Assembly: GCA_963749445.1 (NCBI GenBank)
Contig: CAVVMJ010000004.1
Span: forward strand, 16,483-80,482
Direction: 5' to 3'
DNA length: 64,000 bases
Source of the DNA: an uncultured bacterium
Lineage (GTDB): Bacteria > Patescibacteriota > Doudnabacteria > UBA920
Below are positions 20,863 through 31,026 of the stretch, piece after piece (positions within the stretch are counted from its first letter, which is position 1; every line of letters begins with the position of its first letter). The notes below the pieces were generated by a model, which did not search any database, was not told the DNA's origin, and saw only the letters and a program-made list of their open reading frames with translations. The translations under genes and the position numbers were made by a program.

Positions 20863-22191
20863 TTAGGGATAAATATACCCGTGGATGGCCGGGTCGTTGG
20901 CGGAGAGCGTGCGGGTGTCAACGCGGTTATAGTGGTCGTAGTTCATTTCGGAAATAGTGATGGTGCCGTCGCCGTTAACCGACTCCACGTAGCCCACGTG
21001 GCCGTAGCGCCCGTAATATTCTCCCGGCGCGTTGGTAAATACCACCGCGGCGTGCGCGGCCGGCTCCGAGCCGGTAACGTAACCGCTGGCACGGGCATTG
21101 GCCAGCCAGTTTTTGGCGTTGCCGCCGAAAGTAATTTTCATGCGGCTGGCCACGTAATAGGTGCAGTAGCCGATGGGGAAGTAGTGGTTGTCGCCGTCGT
21201 AGCCGCTGCTGATGCTGGTGACAATGTCCGGGCTGCCTCCGGATGCGCCCGATTTGGCTTTGGGCGTTTTGGGCGGCGCGGGCGGGGTCGGCGCCGTGGC
21301 CAGCACGCCGTCGGGGATGAACAAATAGTCGCCGGGGTTGATGTCTTCGGCGCTGTCCAGGCCGTTGTAGGAAATAATCGTTTCCAATAATTGGGCGGCC
21401 GAGGCATCCCGCGCTTTTTTGTCGCTGCTGTATTTTAACGGATTATATTTGGCGGCCAAGTCCGGCAGGGTGGTATTGCTGTCGGCGGTTACCGCGACGC
21501 CGTTGGCCGGCGGAATAATCAAATCCCAGTCCGGCTGTATTGTGTCCGACGTAAGCGCGGGGTTGCTCCAGAGAATGCTGTTGACCGAAATGCCGTTTGC
21601 GGCCGCGATGCTTTTTAGGCTGTCGCCCGGCCGGGTGGTGTAAACTTTTTTGGCGACGTTGGTAACCATGGCCTTGATGCTGTCGGGGCTGGGCGCGGCA
21701 ATGCCGTTGTCGGTAAAGGTCGCGCTAAAGCCGTTTGCGGAAGAATCGGGAACGGCGGACGGGTCCAAACCGGCAAAATCATCGGCCTGGACCCGCTCAA
21801 TCAGGCTGGTGGCCGTGAACATGGTAATCGTGGCGCTGTTCTTGGCGGCAAGTTTACTGTTCAAATATTGGTGTTTGGACAATAAATCTGCGGCAAAGCT
21901 TTGGTCGTTAAAATATTGCGAGCTGCCAAAACCGAAAAAGTGCAGGTTCATAATGGCGACACCCAGAGCCAGGATCAAAATGAGCAGCTCGCCGGAAAAC
22001 TTCATGGCAAAATCAAAAATATCCAGCCGTTTTAAGTGGGTGGCCGGGAAAGCGTTAACATGCACGCGCTTAAAATGCGGAGCGCGTCTTTTGAGGAGAT
22101 AGAGATTTTTTTTAACGTAGTACTGGAAGAAAAAGGCAATCCGGAAAGAAAGTTTTTTTAGCCTGGCCCGCCAGGCGGCAATAGTCGGAAT
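20863..22191 (-). CDS. LysM + CHAP peptidoglycan hydrolase (possible ATT start at 22191; GTG at 22065 is the alternative)
   Basis: LysM YTTRPGDSLKSIA; CHAP GYCTYYV..GNAKNW..YGHVGYVE..ISEMNY. Confidence 0.9.
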   Translation of the reverse strand: MPTIAAWRARLKKLSFRIAFFFQYYVKKNLYLLKRRAPHFKRVHVNAFPATHLKRLDIFDFAMKFSGELLILILALGVAIMNLHFFGFGSSQYFNDQSFAADLLSKHQYLNSKLAAKNSATITMFTATSLIERVQADDFAGLDPSAVPDSSANGFSATFTDNGIAAPSPDSIKAMVTNVAKKVYTTRPGDSLKSIAAANGISVNSILWSNPALTSDTIQPDWDLIIPPANGVAVTADSNTTLPDLAAKYNPLKYSSDKKARDASAAQLLETIISYNGLDSAEDINPGDYLFIPDGVLATAPTPPAPPKTPKAKSGASGGSPDIVTSISSGYDGDNHYFPIGYCTYYVASRMKITFGGNAKNWLANARASGYVTGSEPAAHAAVVFTNAPGEYYGRYGHVGYVESVNGDGTITISEMNYDHYNRVDTRTLSANDPAIHGYIYP

Positions 22192-22298
22192 GTTAACTCC
22201 TTACTTGGCGCTTTTTGATAGGCAGATATAAATTTTGGCGCAAAGTAATAATATATAGAGGCGTTTGTCGGCAGTAAAACCCGATTTTTCCCAATAAA

Positions 22299-22396
22299 CC
22301 CAGCACCTTCCTGGGGAGAATTACATCCCGCAGGAAAAGTAACTGTCATACCAATCCTTCCCTGTAGTAAGCTGAAATTTCAGGGAAGGTGCTAGG
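22299..22396. mobile_element. 98-bp MITE-like element, TIR CCYAGCACCTTCC, TAAA target duplication
   Basis: TAAA at 22295-22298 and 22397-22400; same family as 56428-56521. Confidence 0.7.
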
Positions 22397-22608
22397 TAAA
22401 TCCGGCCTTTATCGCTATATATTTTAATATTTCTTTGATGTCTCCCATATAGTTTAGTTGATGCAAAATCCATAAGCAAGGGTTTCATCCACAACCGGCC
22501 GATTTTGCCCATAAGTCCAGTAGGTTTTATTTTCTTGGCTTATTTTAAAGCAAATTTAGCAAAACGAGCTTGCAAAATTTTTTAAACCTGGTATGTGCTA
22601 TAATTTTA

Positions 22609-22696
22609 TTGTCCACAGATTCACCGATTCCACAGATGCTGCAGTTTTAAAATTCTATATCTGTGCATTCAGTGTTATCTGTGCATCAGTGGACAA
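22609..22696. repeat. Inverted tandem-repeat palindrome (CACAGAT / ATCTGTG units)
   Basis: Directly upstream of pcrA; half copy at 63964-63997. Confidence 0.8.
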
Positions 22697-22702
22697 AGTA
22701 AT

Positions 22703-24958
22703 ATGGATTTATCATCTTTAAACGACAGGCAACAACAGGCAGTCACGGCCCCGCTCGGGCCGGTTTTAGTGCTGGCCGGGCCGGGGAGCGGGAAGACAAA
22801 GACTTTGACCCACCGCATTGCGTATATAATAGAGCAAAAGCTGGTGCGGTCGGAAAATATTCTGGCTTTGACTTTTACCAACAAAGCGGCTAAGGAGATG
22901 CGCGAAAGGGTTAGCGTGTTGCTTGCCCGATATAAATCGGCTGCCGACCCATTCGGCAAGCTCAGGGTCGCCCCGAGTGAGTCGAGGGGCGAAAGTTTAA
23001 CCATGGGTACATTCCATTCCGTTTGCGCCAGATTGCTGCGCAAGGAAATTCCGGCTTTGGGTTATGGTTCAGATTTTGTGATTTTTGACACCGAAGACCA
23101 AAGAAAAGTTTTGCGGGAAATTTGTGATGAGTTGCGTTTGGACAAAAAATTGCCCCCGTCTTTGTTTGCCGCTTTGATCTCCCGCGCTAAAAATCTTTTG
23201 CAAACGCCGGCGGAATTGGATTTGGGCCTGGATAATCCTTTTGCGGAAAAACTTCAGGAAGTTTACGCGCGCTACCAGGATTCTTTGTATAAACAAAACG
23301 CTCTGGATTTTGACGACCTGCTTATGTTAATGGTTAAAATTTTGCAGGGTAGCGACAAAGTCCTGCGCAAATACCAAAAACAGTTCAGTTATATTCTGGT
23401 GGATGAGTATCAGGACACCAACCTTGCCCAATACGCGCTTCTTCAGCTGCTTGGCGAGTATCACCAGCTTTTTGTGGTTGGCGATGATGCGCAGAGCATT
23501 TACGGCTTCCGTGGTTCGGACATCCGCAACATTTTAAACTTTGAAAAGGATTTTCCCGAATGCCAAATCATCAAGCTTGAGCAAAACTATCGTTCCTCGC
23601 AAAACATTTTGGCGGCCGCGCAAAAAGTCATTGAGCTAAACAGCGAGCAAAAACCCAAAACTTTGTGGACGAAAAATTCCTCCGGCGAGAAAGTTATTCT
23701 ATACGGCGCGGAGGACGAACGCGCGGAAGCCGAATTTGTGGCAAAACAAATAATCAGGTTATCTGCCGTAGAGGCACGCCGTGGCGTGCCTTCATCCGAT
23801 GAATTAGAATATGAAACCGATGATAGCCAAGCCGAACCAAAACCTTTTTCTATCCTTGATCGATTTATCAAAGCCAGAAAAATGCAGGGGCAGTATTCAA
23901 CATTGGGCCAAAGCCTTTTGCCGCAACTGCCGTCCAAACATGACAGCCTAAAGGAATTTTGCGTGCTTTACCGCACGCACGCCCAGAGCCGCGCTTTGGA
24001 AGAAGTTTTCATTCAAGCGGCGATCCCGTACCAGATTGTCGGCGGCTTAAAATTTTACGAGCGCAAGGAGATTAAGGACGTGTTGGCTTATTTGCGGCTG
24101 CTCCTAAATTTCCGCGATTTTGTGTCTTTAAAACGCGTCATTAACGAGCCGCCGCGGGGAATTGGGGATAAATCGTACTTAACGATTAGAGATTTCATAT
24201 TGGATTTTAATCAGAGGAATGTTAACGGCGCGGCGTCGGAAAATCGGAAAATCGGAAAATCGGATTCCGACATCCGACTTTCCGACTTCCGAATCGCTTT
24301 GGCAGACGTCCAGCTACCCCCCAAACAATGGCAATCTGCCCAGGATTTTTTTGCCACGCTGGAAGATTTATCCGAACTGCCGAAAACCGCGACTTTGCCC
24401 CAACTGATGAAGGCCATAACCAGGCGTTCGGCTTACGAAAAGTTTTTGCGCGACGGTTCGGAGCAGGGCGAGAGCCGCTGGGAAAACGTGGAAGAGCTGT
24501 GGACCGTGGCCGCCAAGTTTGGCAACTTGCCCTGGCGCGAAGGCGCGCAGGCGCTTTTGGAGGAAGTGGCTTTGCTTTCGGAAATTGATTCCAAGGACGA
24601 ACATCAGGACAGCGTAACCTTAATGACGCTTCACAGCGCCAAGGGTTTGGAATTTGACAACGTGTTTTTCGTGGGGCTGGAAGAGGGGATTTTGCCGCAC
24701 TCGCGCAGTTTGCTGGATCCAAAAGAATTGGCCGAAGAGGTGCGCTTGGCTTACGTCGGGCTCACGCGCGCGCGCAAGCGCTTGTTTTTGGTGTACGCGC
24801 AACATCGCAGGATTTTTGGCAATGTGCAGGCCGGCCGCCCTTCCCGCATTTTGCGCGTTTTGCCCAAAGAAAATTTGCAGCTTTTGGGGGCAGCCAAAGA
24901 AATTTATTTAAATGATGCCGTTGACGGCGGGATTACGGTGGAAGAGATGGAGTATTAA
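22703..24958 (+). CDS. pcrA: ATP-dependent DNA helicase PcrA/UvrD
   Basis: AGPGSGKT, VDEYQDTN, VGDDAQSIYGFRG, LEQNYRS, TLHSAKGLEF, YVGLTRA. Confidence 0.96.
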   Translation: MDLSSLNDRQQQAVTAPLGPVLVLAGPGSGKTKTLTHRIAYIIEQKLVRSENILALTFTNKAAKEMRERVSVLLARYKSAADPFGKLRVAPSESRGESLTMGTFHSVCARLLRKEIPALGYGSDFVIFDTEDQRKVLREICDELRLDKKLPPSLFAALISRAKNLLQTPAELDLGLDNPFAEKLQEVYARYQDSLYKQNALDFDDLLMLMVKILQGSDKVLRKYQKQFSYILVDEYQDTNLAQYALLQLLGEYHQLFVVGDDAQSIYGFRGSDIRNILNFEKDFPECQIIKLEQNYRSSQNILAAAQKVIELNSEQKPKTLWTKNSSGEKVILYGAEDERAEAEFVAKQIIRLSAVEARRGVPSSDELEYETDDSQAEPKPFSILDRFIKARKMQGQYSTLGQSLLPQLPSKHDSLKEFCVLYRTHAQSRALEEVFIQAAIPYQIVGGLKFYERKEIKDVLAYLRLLLNFRDFVSLKRVINEPPRGIGDKSYLTIRDFILDFNQRNVNGAASENRKIGKSDSDIRLSDFRIALADVQLPPKQWQSAQDFFATLEDLSELPKTATLPQLMKAITRRSAYEKFLRDGSEQGESRWENVEELWTVAAKFGNLPWREGAQALLEEVALLSEIDSKDEHQDSVTLMTLHSAKGLEFDNVFFVGLEEGILPHSRSLLDPKELAEEVRLAYVGLTRARKRLFLVYAQHRRIFGNVQAGRPSRILRVLPKENLQLLGAAKEIYLNDAVDGGITVEEMEY

Positions 24959-24961
24959 AAA

Positions 24962-25040
24962 AGCATATAGCAGTTAGCATTTAGCAGATAGGGGTTTTGT
25001 ATTCTCGCCTAAATGCTATATGCTAACTACTAAATGCTAA
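24962..25040. repeat. Inverted heptamer palindrome (TTAGCAT / ATGCTAA units)
   Basis: Between pcrA stop and rsmA start; relatives at 40268 and 47409. Confidence 0.85.
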
Positions 25041-25044
25041 ACCA

Positions 25045-25989
25045 ATGAATATTGATAAGCTCAAAAATTTACTCCAGCGCTATGGTTTAAAACCCAATTT
25101 TACTTATGGGCAGAATTTTTTGGTTGACGATGATGTGTTGGACGAAATTGTTGAGGCGGCGGAAATCACACCGGCTGACAATATTCTGGAAATCGGTCCG
25201 GGCATTGGGAATTTAACGCGGCTGTTATGCGAACGCGCGGGATTTGTGCTATCCGTGGAAAAAGACCCAAAATTTTTGCCGATATTAAAAGCCGTAAAGA
25301 AAGATCATAAAAATTTCCGTTTTGAAATTGCGGACGCTTTAAAATTTGATTTTTTGAAAGAACTAAATCAGCTGCAGTCATCTCCTCCTAATATAGGAGG
25401 AGTATCCCGCGAAGCGGGGAGAGGTGGTATTTCGGGGGCAGCTACCACCCCGTCCCGACAAGTCGGGACACCCCTCCTGTCCCAGGAGGGGAATACTGTG
25501 TCCTATAAGGTCGCCGCCAACATCCCGTACTACATTACCGGAAAAATTTTGCGGATGTTACTGGCCGCGAAAATTAAACCGACCAGCATTACCATTTTGA
25601 CGCAAAAAGAAGTGGCACAGACCTTGGCGGCTAAGGCGGGGGATTTATCCTTGCTCGCGATTTCCGTTCAGCTTTACGGCGAGCCGCGGTTGGTTAAAAT
25701 CGTGCCGGCAAAAAGTTTTTATCCGCAGCCCAAAGTGGATAGCGCGATTGTGCGGATTGATATCCATCCGAAACCAAAATATAATTTTGCCGATGAAAAA
25801 CAATTCTTCCGTGTTTTGCGCGCCTGCTTTGCCGGCAAAAGAAAACAGCTTCACAACACGTTGAAGAATAATTTGGGTTTGGAAAAAGGACGGGTTGATA
25901 AAATTTTATCAGCCGCCAAAATAAATCCCGCGGCCCGGCCGCAGGAGCTGAGTATTGCGCAGTGGATTGATTTGAGTAAAAAAATTTAA
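25045..25989 (+). CDS. rsmA: 16S rRNA m6,6A dimethyltransferase with palindrome-encoded insertion
   Basis: GQNFL, LEIGPGIG, ANIPYYIT, FYPQPKVDSA. Confidence 0.95.
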   Translation: MNIDKLKNLLQRYGLKPNFTYGQNFLVDDDVLDEIVEAAEITPADNILEIGPGIGNLTRLLCERAGFVLSVEKDPKFLPILKAVKKDHKNFRFEIADALKFDFLKELNQLQSSPPNIGGVSREAGRGGISGAATTPSRQVGTPLLSQEGNTVSYKVAANIPYYITGKILRMLLAAKIKPTSITILTQKEVAQTLAAKAGDLSLLAISVQLYGEPRLVKIVPAKSFYPQPKVDSAIVRIDIHPKPKYNFADEKQFFRVLRACFAGKRKQLHNTLKNNLGLEKGRVDKILSAAKINPAARPQELSIAQWIDLSKKI

Positions 25990-25998
25990 AGGGATTGT

Positions 25999-26192
25999 TG
26001 CGGAGCCTTCTCTCCTTTCATAGGCACTCATCGAGAATGAGGGGAGATGTCCCGAATGCATCTGAGGGACAGAGAGGTGGCTCCCGTTCGGGAACCACCT
26101 CTCTGTCACCGAAAGCGATTTTATCCTTTTGACTTTCGGCGACATCTCCCCTCACCCGCAGTATTGCTTATGAAAGGGGAGAAGGCTCCGCA
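25999..26192. ncRNA. Unassigned 194-nt highly structured element (candidate ncRNA)
   Basis: 28-bp closing stem, bubble, 14-bp stem, multibranch top. Confidence 0.45.
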
Positions 26193-26220
26193 GTCGTCCT
26201 CGTTTACCAATCAATCTAAA

Positions 26221-26739
26221 TCAGTTTCCCAACCGGACCTCATCTCCGGTTTTTATTTTATTCGCGTCGCTCCATCCCGCGTTTACTTCCAGAACTTGAT
26301 CAATCATCGCCGGCGGATAGTAGAGGGTCAACTTATCGCTCAGGGATTTTGGCGCCGGCACGTTTGGCGTGATGCCGATGATTTTGCCGTCGTTTATCCA
26401 AATCAAATCCAAATCAAAATGCATGCGCGGCATCCAGAAGGCGGGTTTGATGCCGTTGCCTCCGCCGGAGGCGGATCCGCCTCCGGCGGAAAAATCAAAC
26501 AGCATACCATCATCGTATGCCATTGATTCGCGATCAGACAACCCCTCTGCCATATCAGCGGATGTCGTGGCAATTTGCACGTTTAAAGTTTGATCGGATA
26601 TTTTTATTTGGTGATTGTAAAGCGAAACTGTTTTATCAGGTACAACAACCGGCGGAGCGGGGGATTGCTTGGCGCAGCCAGCGGCTAAAAGCAAAAACAG
26701 CAGCGGCAAACCGATATGTTTATTTAGAATTTTGACCAT
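26221..26739 (-). CDS. DUF192 family lipoprotein
   Basis: Lipobox LAAGC; GLSDRE..GMLFDF..FWMPRM.FDLDLIWI..VLEVNAG. Confidence 0.88.
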   Translation of the reverse strand: MVKILNKHIGLPLLFLLLAAGCAKQSPAPPVVVPDKTVSLYNHQIKISDQTLNVQIATTSADMAEGLSDRESMAYDDGMLFDFSAGGGSASGGGNGIKPAFWMPRMHFDLDLIWINDGKIIGITPNVPAPKSLSDKLTLYYPPAMIDQVLEVNAGWSDANKIKTGDEVRLGN

Positions 26740-27044
26740 GCTACGCGAGATTTAGCAAAAAAATCCGTATAGCCGTATTCTATCCGTAATCCGTAAAGTT
26801 GGCTATTGCAAAATTTCGTGGGATGTGCTATAATATATATAGAAGTTCGGAAAAGATACAGGAAACCAAAATTTACCCGCCTAAATTTAGCTAACAAAAC
26901 AAGCAAAAAGCTAAATTTTGGCGGGGAACAAATGACAATTGGCAGGGTTTGTTTACGGTTTGGCTCTTATGGGCCAGGCTGATATTTTCTTGGAATAATG
27001 CATTTTTTGGTTCCGTGAAACACAAATAAAATCAAGCAAAGCAA

Positions 27045-27521
27045 ATGAAAACTGACTGGCAGCATCATTACAAGTTTTTTCAGGCGATTGCGGCATTTTT
27101 TGCCCCGATTGTTTTGATCGGAGTCGGAGTTGGACTGACTGTTTTAGTAAGCATTATGCCAGTTCACGCGCAAACTTCAGCTTTTATTCCGAGCGGTGTG
27201 GGAGGAATAATTGCTCCCGGAGCTTGCCCGCCCGCCGGATTAGGGGATTGCGATACCTTAACTTTTACGCCTGACTGCGGGGCGGTAATCGGGATTGTCG
27301 GTCCTTACGGCAGTAATTGGGGATTATACCAATGGGATATGCCGCCGACTGAACCTCCTATAGGCCCTCCTTATGACGAATGGGACGCTTCTTACTTAAC
27401 TAATGGTTTTCCGTACACGCACGCCGGGGAATTTATGGTGGGCTATGCCATACCCAGCCTGGATCCGGAAATTTGTCCTTTGCCAATGCTCATAAGTATC
27501 GGTACCAGTTTATTTAAGTAA
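27045..27521 (+). CDS. Hypothetical secreted/membrane protein
   Basis: TM/signal peptide ending VHA-Q; Cys pairs. Confidence 0.6.
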   Translation: MKTDWQHHYKFFQAIAAFFAPIVLIGVGVGLTVLVSIMPVHAQTSAFIPSGVGGIIAPGACPPAGLGDCDTLTFTPDCGAVIGIVGPYGSNWGLYQWDMPPTEPPIGPPYDEWDASYLTNGFPYTHAGEFMVGYAIPSLDPEICPLPMLISIGTSLFK

Positions 27522-27557
27522 GATGATTGTCCCGTAAGAAAAAATAAAAACAAAAGT

Positions 27558-28418
27558 ATGGACAGCGTAAATTTTCAAAATACTCAAACTCAATCGAGTC
27601 TCCATTTAGGCCATTTTAGTTTGGTGCTCTCGGTGGCGGTTTTGCTTTTGGGGATTTCCTGGATGAAGAATCCGCAGTTGTTTGCGGTTTTGCAATTTCA
27701 CCAAAGCGACGCGCAAACGGCGAGCGCGGACGCGCCGCGTTATTACGCTTACGTTACGCCGCCCGAAGACCAGCCCCAGCCCGCGGTGTTAGGCGCGAGC
27801 ACCAACCAGGGGCCGAGCATTATCCAGGACGACGGCACCGTGGTGCCGGTGGATATGGGCCAGGTTTTGGCCGCCAGCACCCAAGGCGTGGCGCTGTCTT
27901 TGGATGACATTAAAGTCAACCAGGTGCCGGATTCGGACGCGGACGCGCAAACATATTTTACGGCCGCGCAAAAGATTGAAAGCGGCTCCATTGGCGACGC
28001 GACGTTCGGCGCGGCTTTGACCTCGGGCGACCAGAACCAGATTAACCAACAGGCGCAAAAAATAATCGCGGTCCGCGACGCTTTGCAGCAGCTTGCCGTG
28101 CCACAAAGTTTGGTTAAACTGCAAAAATTAAAAATCATCCAATATAATTCTTCCATAAGTCTTTTGCAGAATTTTACCCAGGGCGACAAGAATTCGGATT
28201 TGGTTAACGAAGATATGCAGCAATTTTTAAAAAGCCAGCAGGATTTGGAAGCGGAAAGCGCCGTGGTGGCGCAAAAATATCCGACGCTGGATCCTGACGC
28301 GACTTTGTATGTTAATCCGGACGGCACGCCGACAAATATCCAGTCTGCCGAGGTAACGGCAAGCCAGGATAATTCTTTAACCGGTTCATCTTTAGACGAC
28401 GGCAATGCAGGCCAATAA
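27558..28418 (+). CDS. Hypothetical membrane-anchored protein
   Basis: N-terminal TM, VLGAST motif, helical domain. Confidence 0.75.
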   Translation: MDSVNFQNTQTQSSLHLGHFSLVLSVAVLLLGISWMKNPQLFAVLQFHQSDAQTASADAPRYYAYVTPPEDQPQPAVLGASTNQGPSIIQDDGTVVPVDMGQVLAASTQGVALSLDDIKVNQVPDSDADAQTYFTAAQKIESGSIGDATFGAALTSGDQNQINQQAQKIIAVRDALQQLAVPQSLVKLQKLKIIQYNSSISLLQNFTQGDKNSDLVNEDMQQFLKSQQDLEAESAVVAQKYPTLDPDATLYVNPDGTPTNIQSAEVTASQDNSLTGSSLDDGNAGQ

Positions 28419-30327
28419 GTTTCAAAAAATAGTTATCACGTTTTTAATTTTTAGCCAATTAGCATTCTGGCCGGCTTTTGCCTTGGCTTTTGTTAATACC
28501 GCCGCAGGTTCGTTAAACCCGGTGCCAATTAATGACACTGGTTCAATTGCTGCCAATAGCCTTTTTGATGGGGCATTTACTACCATAAAGACTTCTTATA
28601 CGGCTTGTACCGCTGATATAAAGGGTTTTGAGGCTACCGATAACGCCGCCTCGCTTGGTTTTTCGTTTTCTGCAATTATCGGCGGCGGGGGAGCACTAGC
28701 TGCGCAATTGCAACTAGAGGTTACAGCTTATAACAGTTATTTAAATACTCCGCTTTTGCCTCTGTGCCCAGGTATGCTTGCTTTGATGGCAACTTTGGAT
28801 AAGCTAACGGCTCCTAATACTTATACTAGCACGTTAAAACAGCAATTAGTGACTCAGATGAGATCTGACATCCAAACTTATAATGATAAACTCAAAACCG
28901 CCCAAGCTAGATATAACGTTGCCAGCCAAAGTGTTTGGAAGGCGTTGATGATTACCGTGTTAATCAACACCACCAAATCCGTGGCCGATCAGCTGGTGAA
29001 TAAGCTGGTGAATAATTATAAAATCGCCAACATCAAAGCCTACACCGATTCCTTGGCCACGCTGGCGTACGACAACCAATTTATCCGCGATAATTTTCCG
29101 GGTTCGCAGGATCAGCTGATGGCGCGGGCGATTTTGACAAATCCGATATTGCGGTCGCAAATCCAGCCGGGAATTTATACGGAGATAAATCAGAATCTGG
29201 GTTTTCAGCCGATGACCTTAAGCACCAGCGACCCGAATTATTACGCCAAGATGGCTGCCGTTGGAGCGACTAGCAACAATCCTTATTATGTGCAGACCGC
29301 TTTTGTTGTTGGCGTTGACGCGTCCCATGCTAATTCGGTGGCGCATGCCCAATTGCAGATTAGCCAGGGTAACGGTTATAAAGCGCCGGTCAATTGCGCC
29401 GGCAGTTTGTCCCAACAAAAACAGATTGATACGCAGACAAAAGCCGCCTCTGACCAGCTGGCCAACCGCCAGGCTTTATTGACTAATTTGCAGCAGGCCC
29501 AGGCGTTGGGCCAGAATGTTCCGGTCGCCGATTTGGCAAGAGCCCAAGCGGATTATAATTCGGCGCTGGCGGCCTGGAATAACGTGCCTTACACCGTCAG
29601 CGGACAAAATAGCGTCAGTAACGCCGCCGTGGGCGGCGGCAACAACACCGAAGGCACTATGGCCATAGTGATGTGCGAGGCGGTCGCTTCGCCGGCCGTT
29701 CTGGTTAACCAGGGTATTGACGCGATGTTTAAAGCCGTGGGCGCGAATATTTCACAATATAACAGCAATAACCTGCCCGGTTTCTTGAGCGCGATTGGCG
29801 GCATTGCCACGCAAATCGGTTCCAGTATGATTTTGGGCGGGATTACGGGCAATTCTTCCACAGTCAATGAAAAAATGGCCATTGGCCAGGCTATAAGCGC
29901 GACCACGGGGGCCACCGTCCAAACTATCAGCAACGCGGCCATAGCCAGCGCCGAGGGCAGCGGAGTTTTGTTTAACTCCACCCAAGGCGCGGGTAGCAGC
30001 GCGACTTTGAGCTGGCAGATTTTTACTATGAAATTGCCTACGGCCAGCTATGTGATAATTGTGAGCAGCACTAATCCCGTTGGTCCGAACCCGCGGCAGC
30101 CGCTTACCGGCAGTATGACAGTAAGCCCGACCTCCTACACCAATTACGTTTTGACTGTTTACGACGCCACGGGTAAAAGTTTAGGCACGGCCACTACATA
30201 TATCTCACCCGCCGCCACTCAACAGTCTTACAATTCCAATCCTAACGCTCCGGCCGTCGCCGGCGCCTTTACCATGGCCGCGCCTTTGGACATCCGCGGC
30301 CCGGCAGTGGCTTTGCATCCGAGATAG
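28405..30327 (+). CDS. Large secreted helical protein (putative T4SS-cluster component)
   Basis: Signal peptide, 640 aa, overlaps upstream gene. Confidence 0.7.
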   Translation: MQANKFQKIVITFLIFSQLAFWPAFALAFVNTAAGSLNPVPINDTGSIAANSLFDGAFTTIKTSYTACTADIKGFEATDNAASLGFSFSAIIGGGGALAAQLQLEVTAYNSYLNTPLLPLCPGMLALMATLDKLTAPNTYTSTLKQQLVTQMRSDIQTYNDKLKTAQARYNVASQSVWKALMITVLINTTKSVADQLVNKLVNNYKIANIKAYTDSLATLAYDNQFIRDNFPGSQDQLMARAILTNPILRSQIQPGIYTEINQNLGFQPMTLSTSDPNYYAKMAAVGATSNNPYYVQTAFVVGVDASHANSVAHAQLQISQGNGYKAPVNCAGSLSQQKQIDTQTKAASDQLANRQALLTNLQQAQALGQNVPVADLARAQADYNSALAAWNNVPYTVSGQNSVSNAAVGGGNNTEGTMAIVMCEAVASPAVLVNQGIDAMFKAVGANISQYNSNNLPGFLSAIGGIATQIGSSMILGGITGNSSTVNEKMAIGQAISATTGATVQTISNAAIASAEGSGVLFNSTQGAGSSATLSWQIFTMKLPTASYVIIVSSTNPVGPNPRQPLTGSMTVSPTSYTNYVLTVYDATGKSLGTATTYISPAATQQSYNSNPNAPAVAGAFTMAAPLDIRGPAVALHPR

Positions 30328-30403
30328 TAATCGTAAGCATATTTAAATCGATAAACACTAAACCCAGAGGAAAGCCCCTGGGTTTTGAATTTTGCTTTAA
30401 ATG

Positions 30404-30441
30404 ATGATTGATTATTTGACGGCCGTCTAAAAAGCAGTCAT
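30404..30441. repeat. Imperfect 38-bp palindrome centred on GACGGCCGTC (upstream copy)
   Basis: Homologous to 31027-31064. Confidence 0.8.
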
Positions 30442-30480
30442 AATGATAATATAAAGCACTAACATTGATTGAGAACAAAT

Positions 30481-31023
30481 ATGGCAAAAAGGAAATTAAC
30501 GGTAACGGCGCAAATTTTGTTATATCTATTTACCGCGGTGGATATGCTGCCGCGGCCGTTTGAATCCAAAATGGGTTATTATAAAAGATTGTTTTTCGGC
30601 AAAGTCCCTTATCGCACTTTTGCCAGCGCCTTAAACAGTTTGGAGAGGCGGGGTATTATAAAAATTTACAAGGATACATCGGGCGAGAAATTTATAAAAC
30701 TTACTCATAAGGGGCAGTTGGAAACTTTATTGCTAAAAGCCAAACAGGGCGTTAACTGTCACGGGAAGTGGGACGGCAAGTGGAGATTGGTAATATTTGA
30801 TATCCCCGAGGATGCGAGAGAGAAGCGCAATGAATTTAGAATATTGCTCAAGAAAAATAGTTTTAAAGGTTTGCAGGCCAGCGTGTTCATTAGCCCTTAT
30901 CCTTTGAACAGAGAAGCGATAACCTATTTGCGGGAAAGTAAGCTGATCCAATATATTAGGATTTTAAAAGTTGAGGAAATGGATAGTGATAAAGATTTAA
31001 AGCGGCATTTTAATTTGAGGTAA
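30481..31023 (+). CDS. PaaX-like wHTH fused to Cas2-like ferredoxin domain
   Basis: LERRGII..LTHKG wHTH; WDGKWRLVIFDIPE..R..FR..LK..F..LQASVF. Confidence 0.85.
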   Translation: MAKRKLTVTAQILLYLFTAVDMLPRPFESKMGYYKRLFFGKVPYRTFASALNSLERRGIIKIYKDTSGEKFIKLTHKGQLETLLLKAKQGVNCHGKWDGKWRLVIFDIPEDAREKRNEFRILLKKNSFKGLQASVFISPYPLNREAITYLRESKLIQYIRILKVEEMDSDKDLKRHFNLR

Positions 31024-31026
31024 TAT

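Noticed and set aside
20881-22102. Long antisense ORFs here and opposite other genes (e.g. 3806..4432, 27749..28405, 60608..61333)
   Set aside because: Shadow ORFs of GC-rich coding strands with no family motifs.
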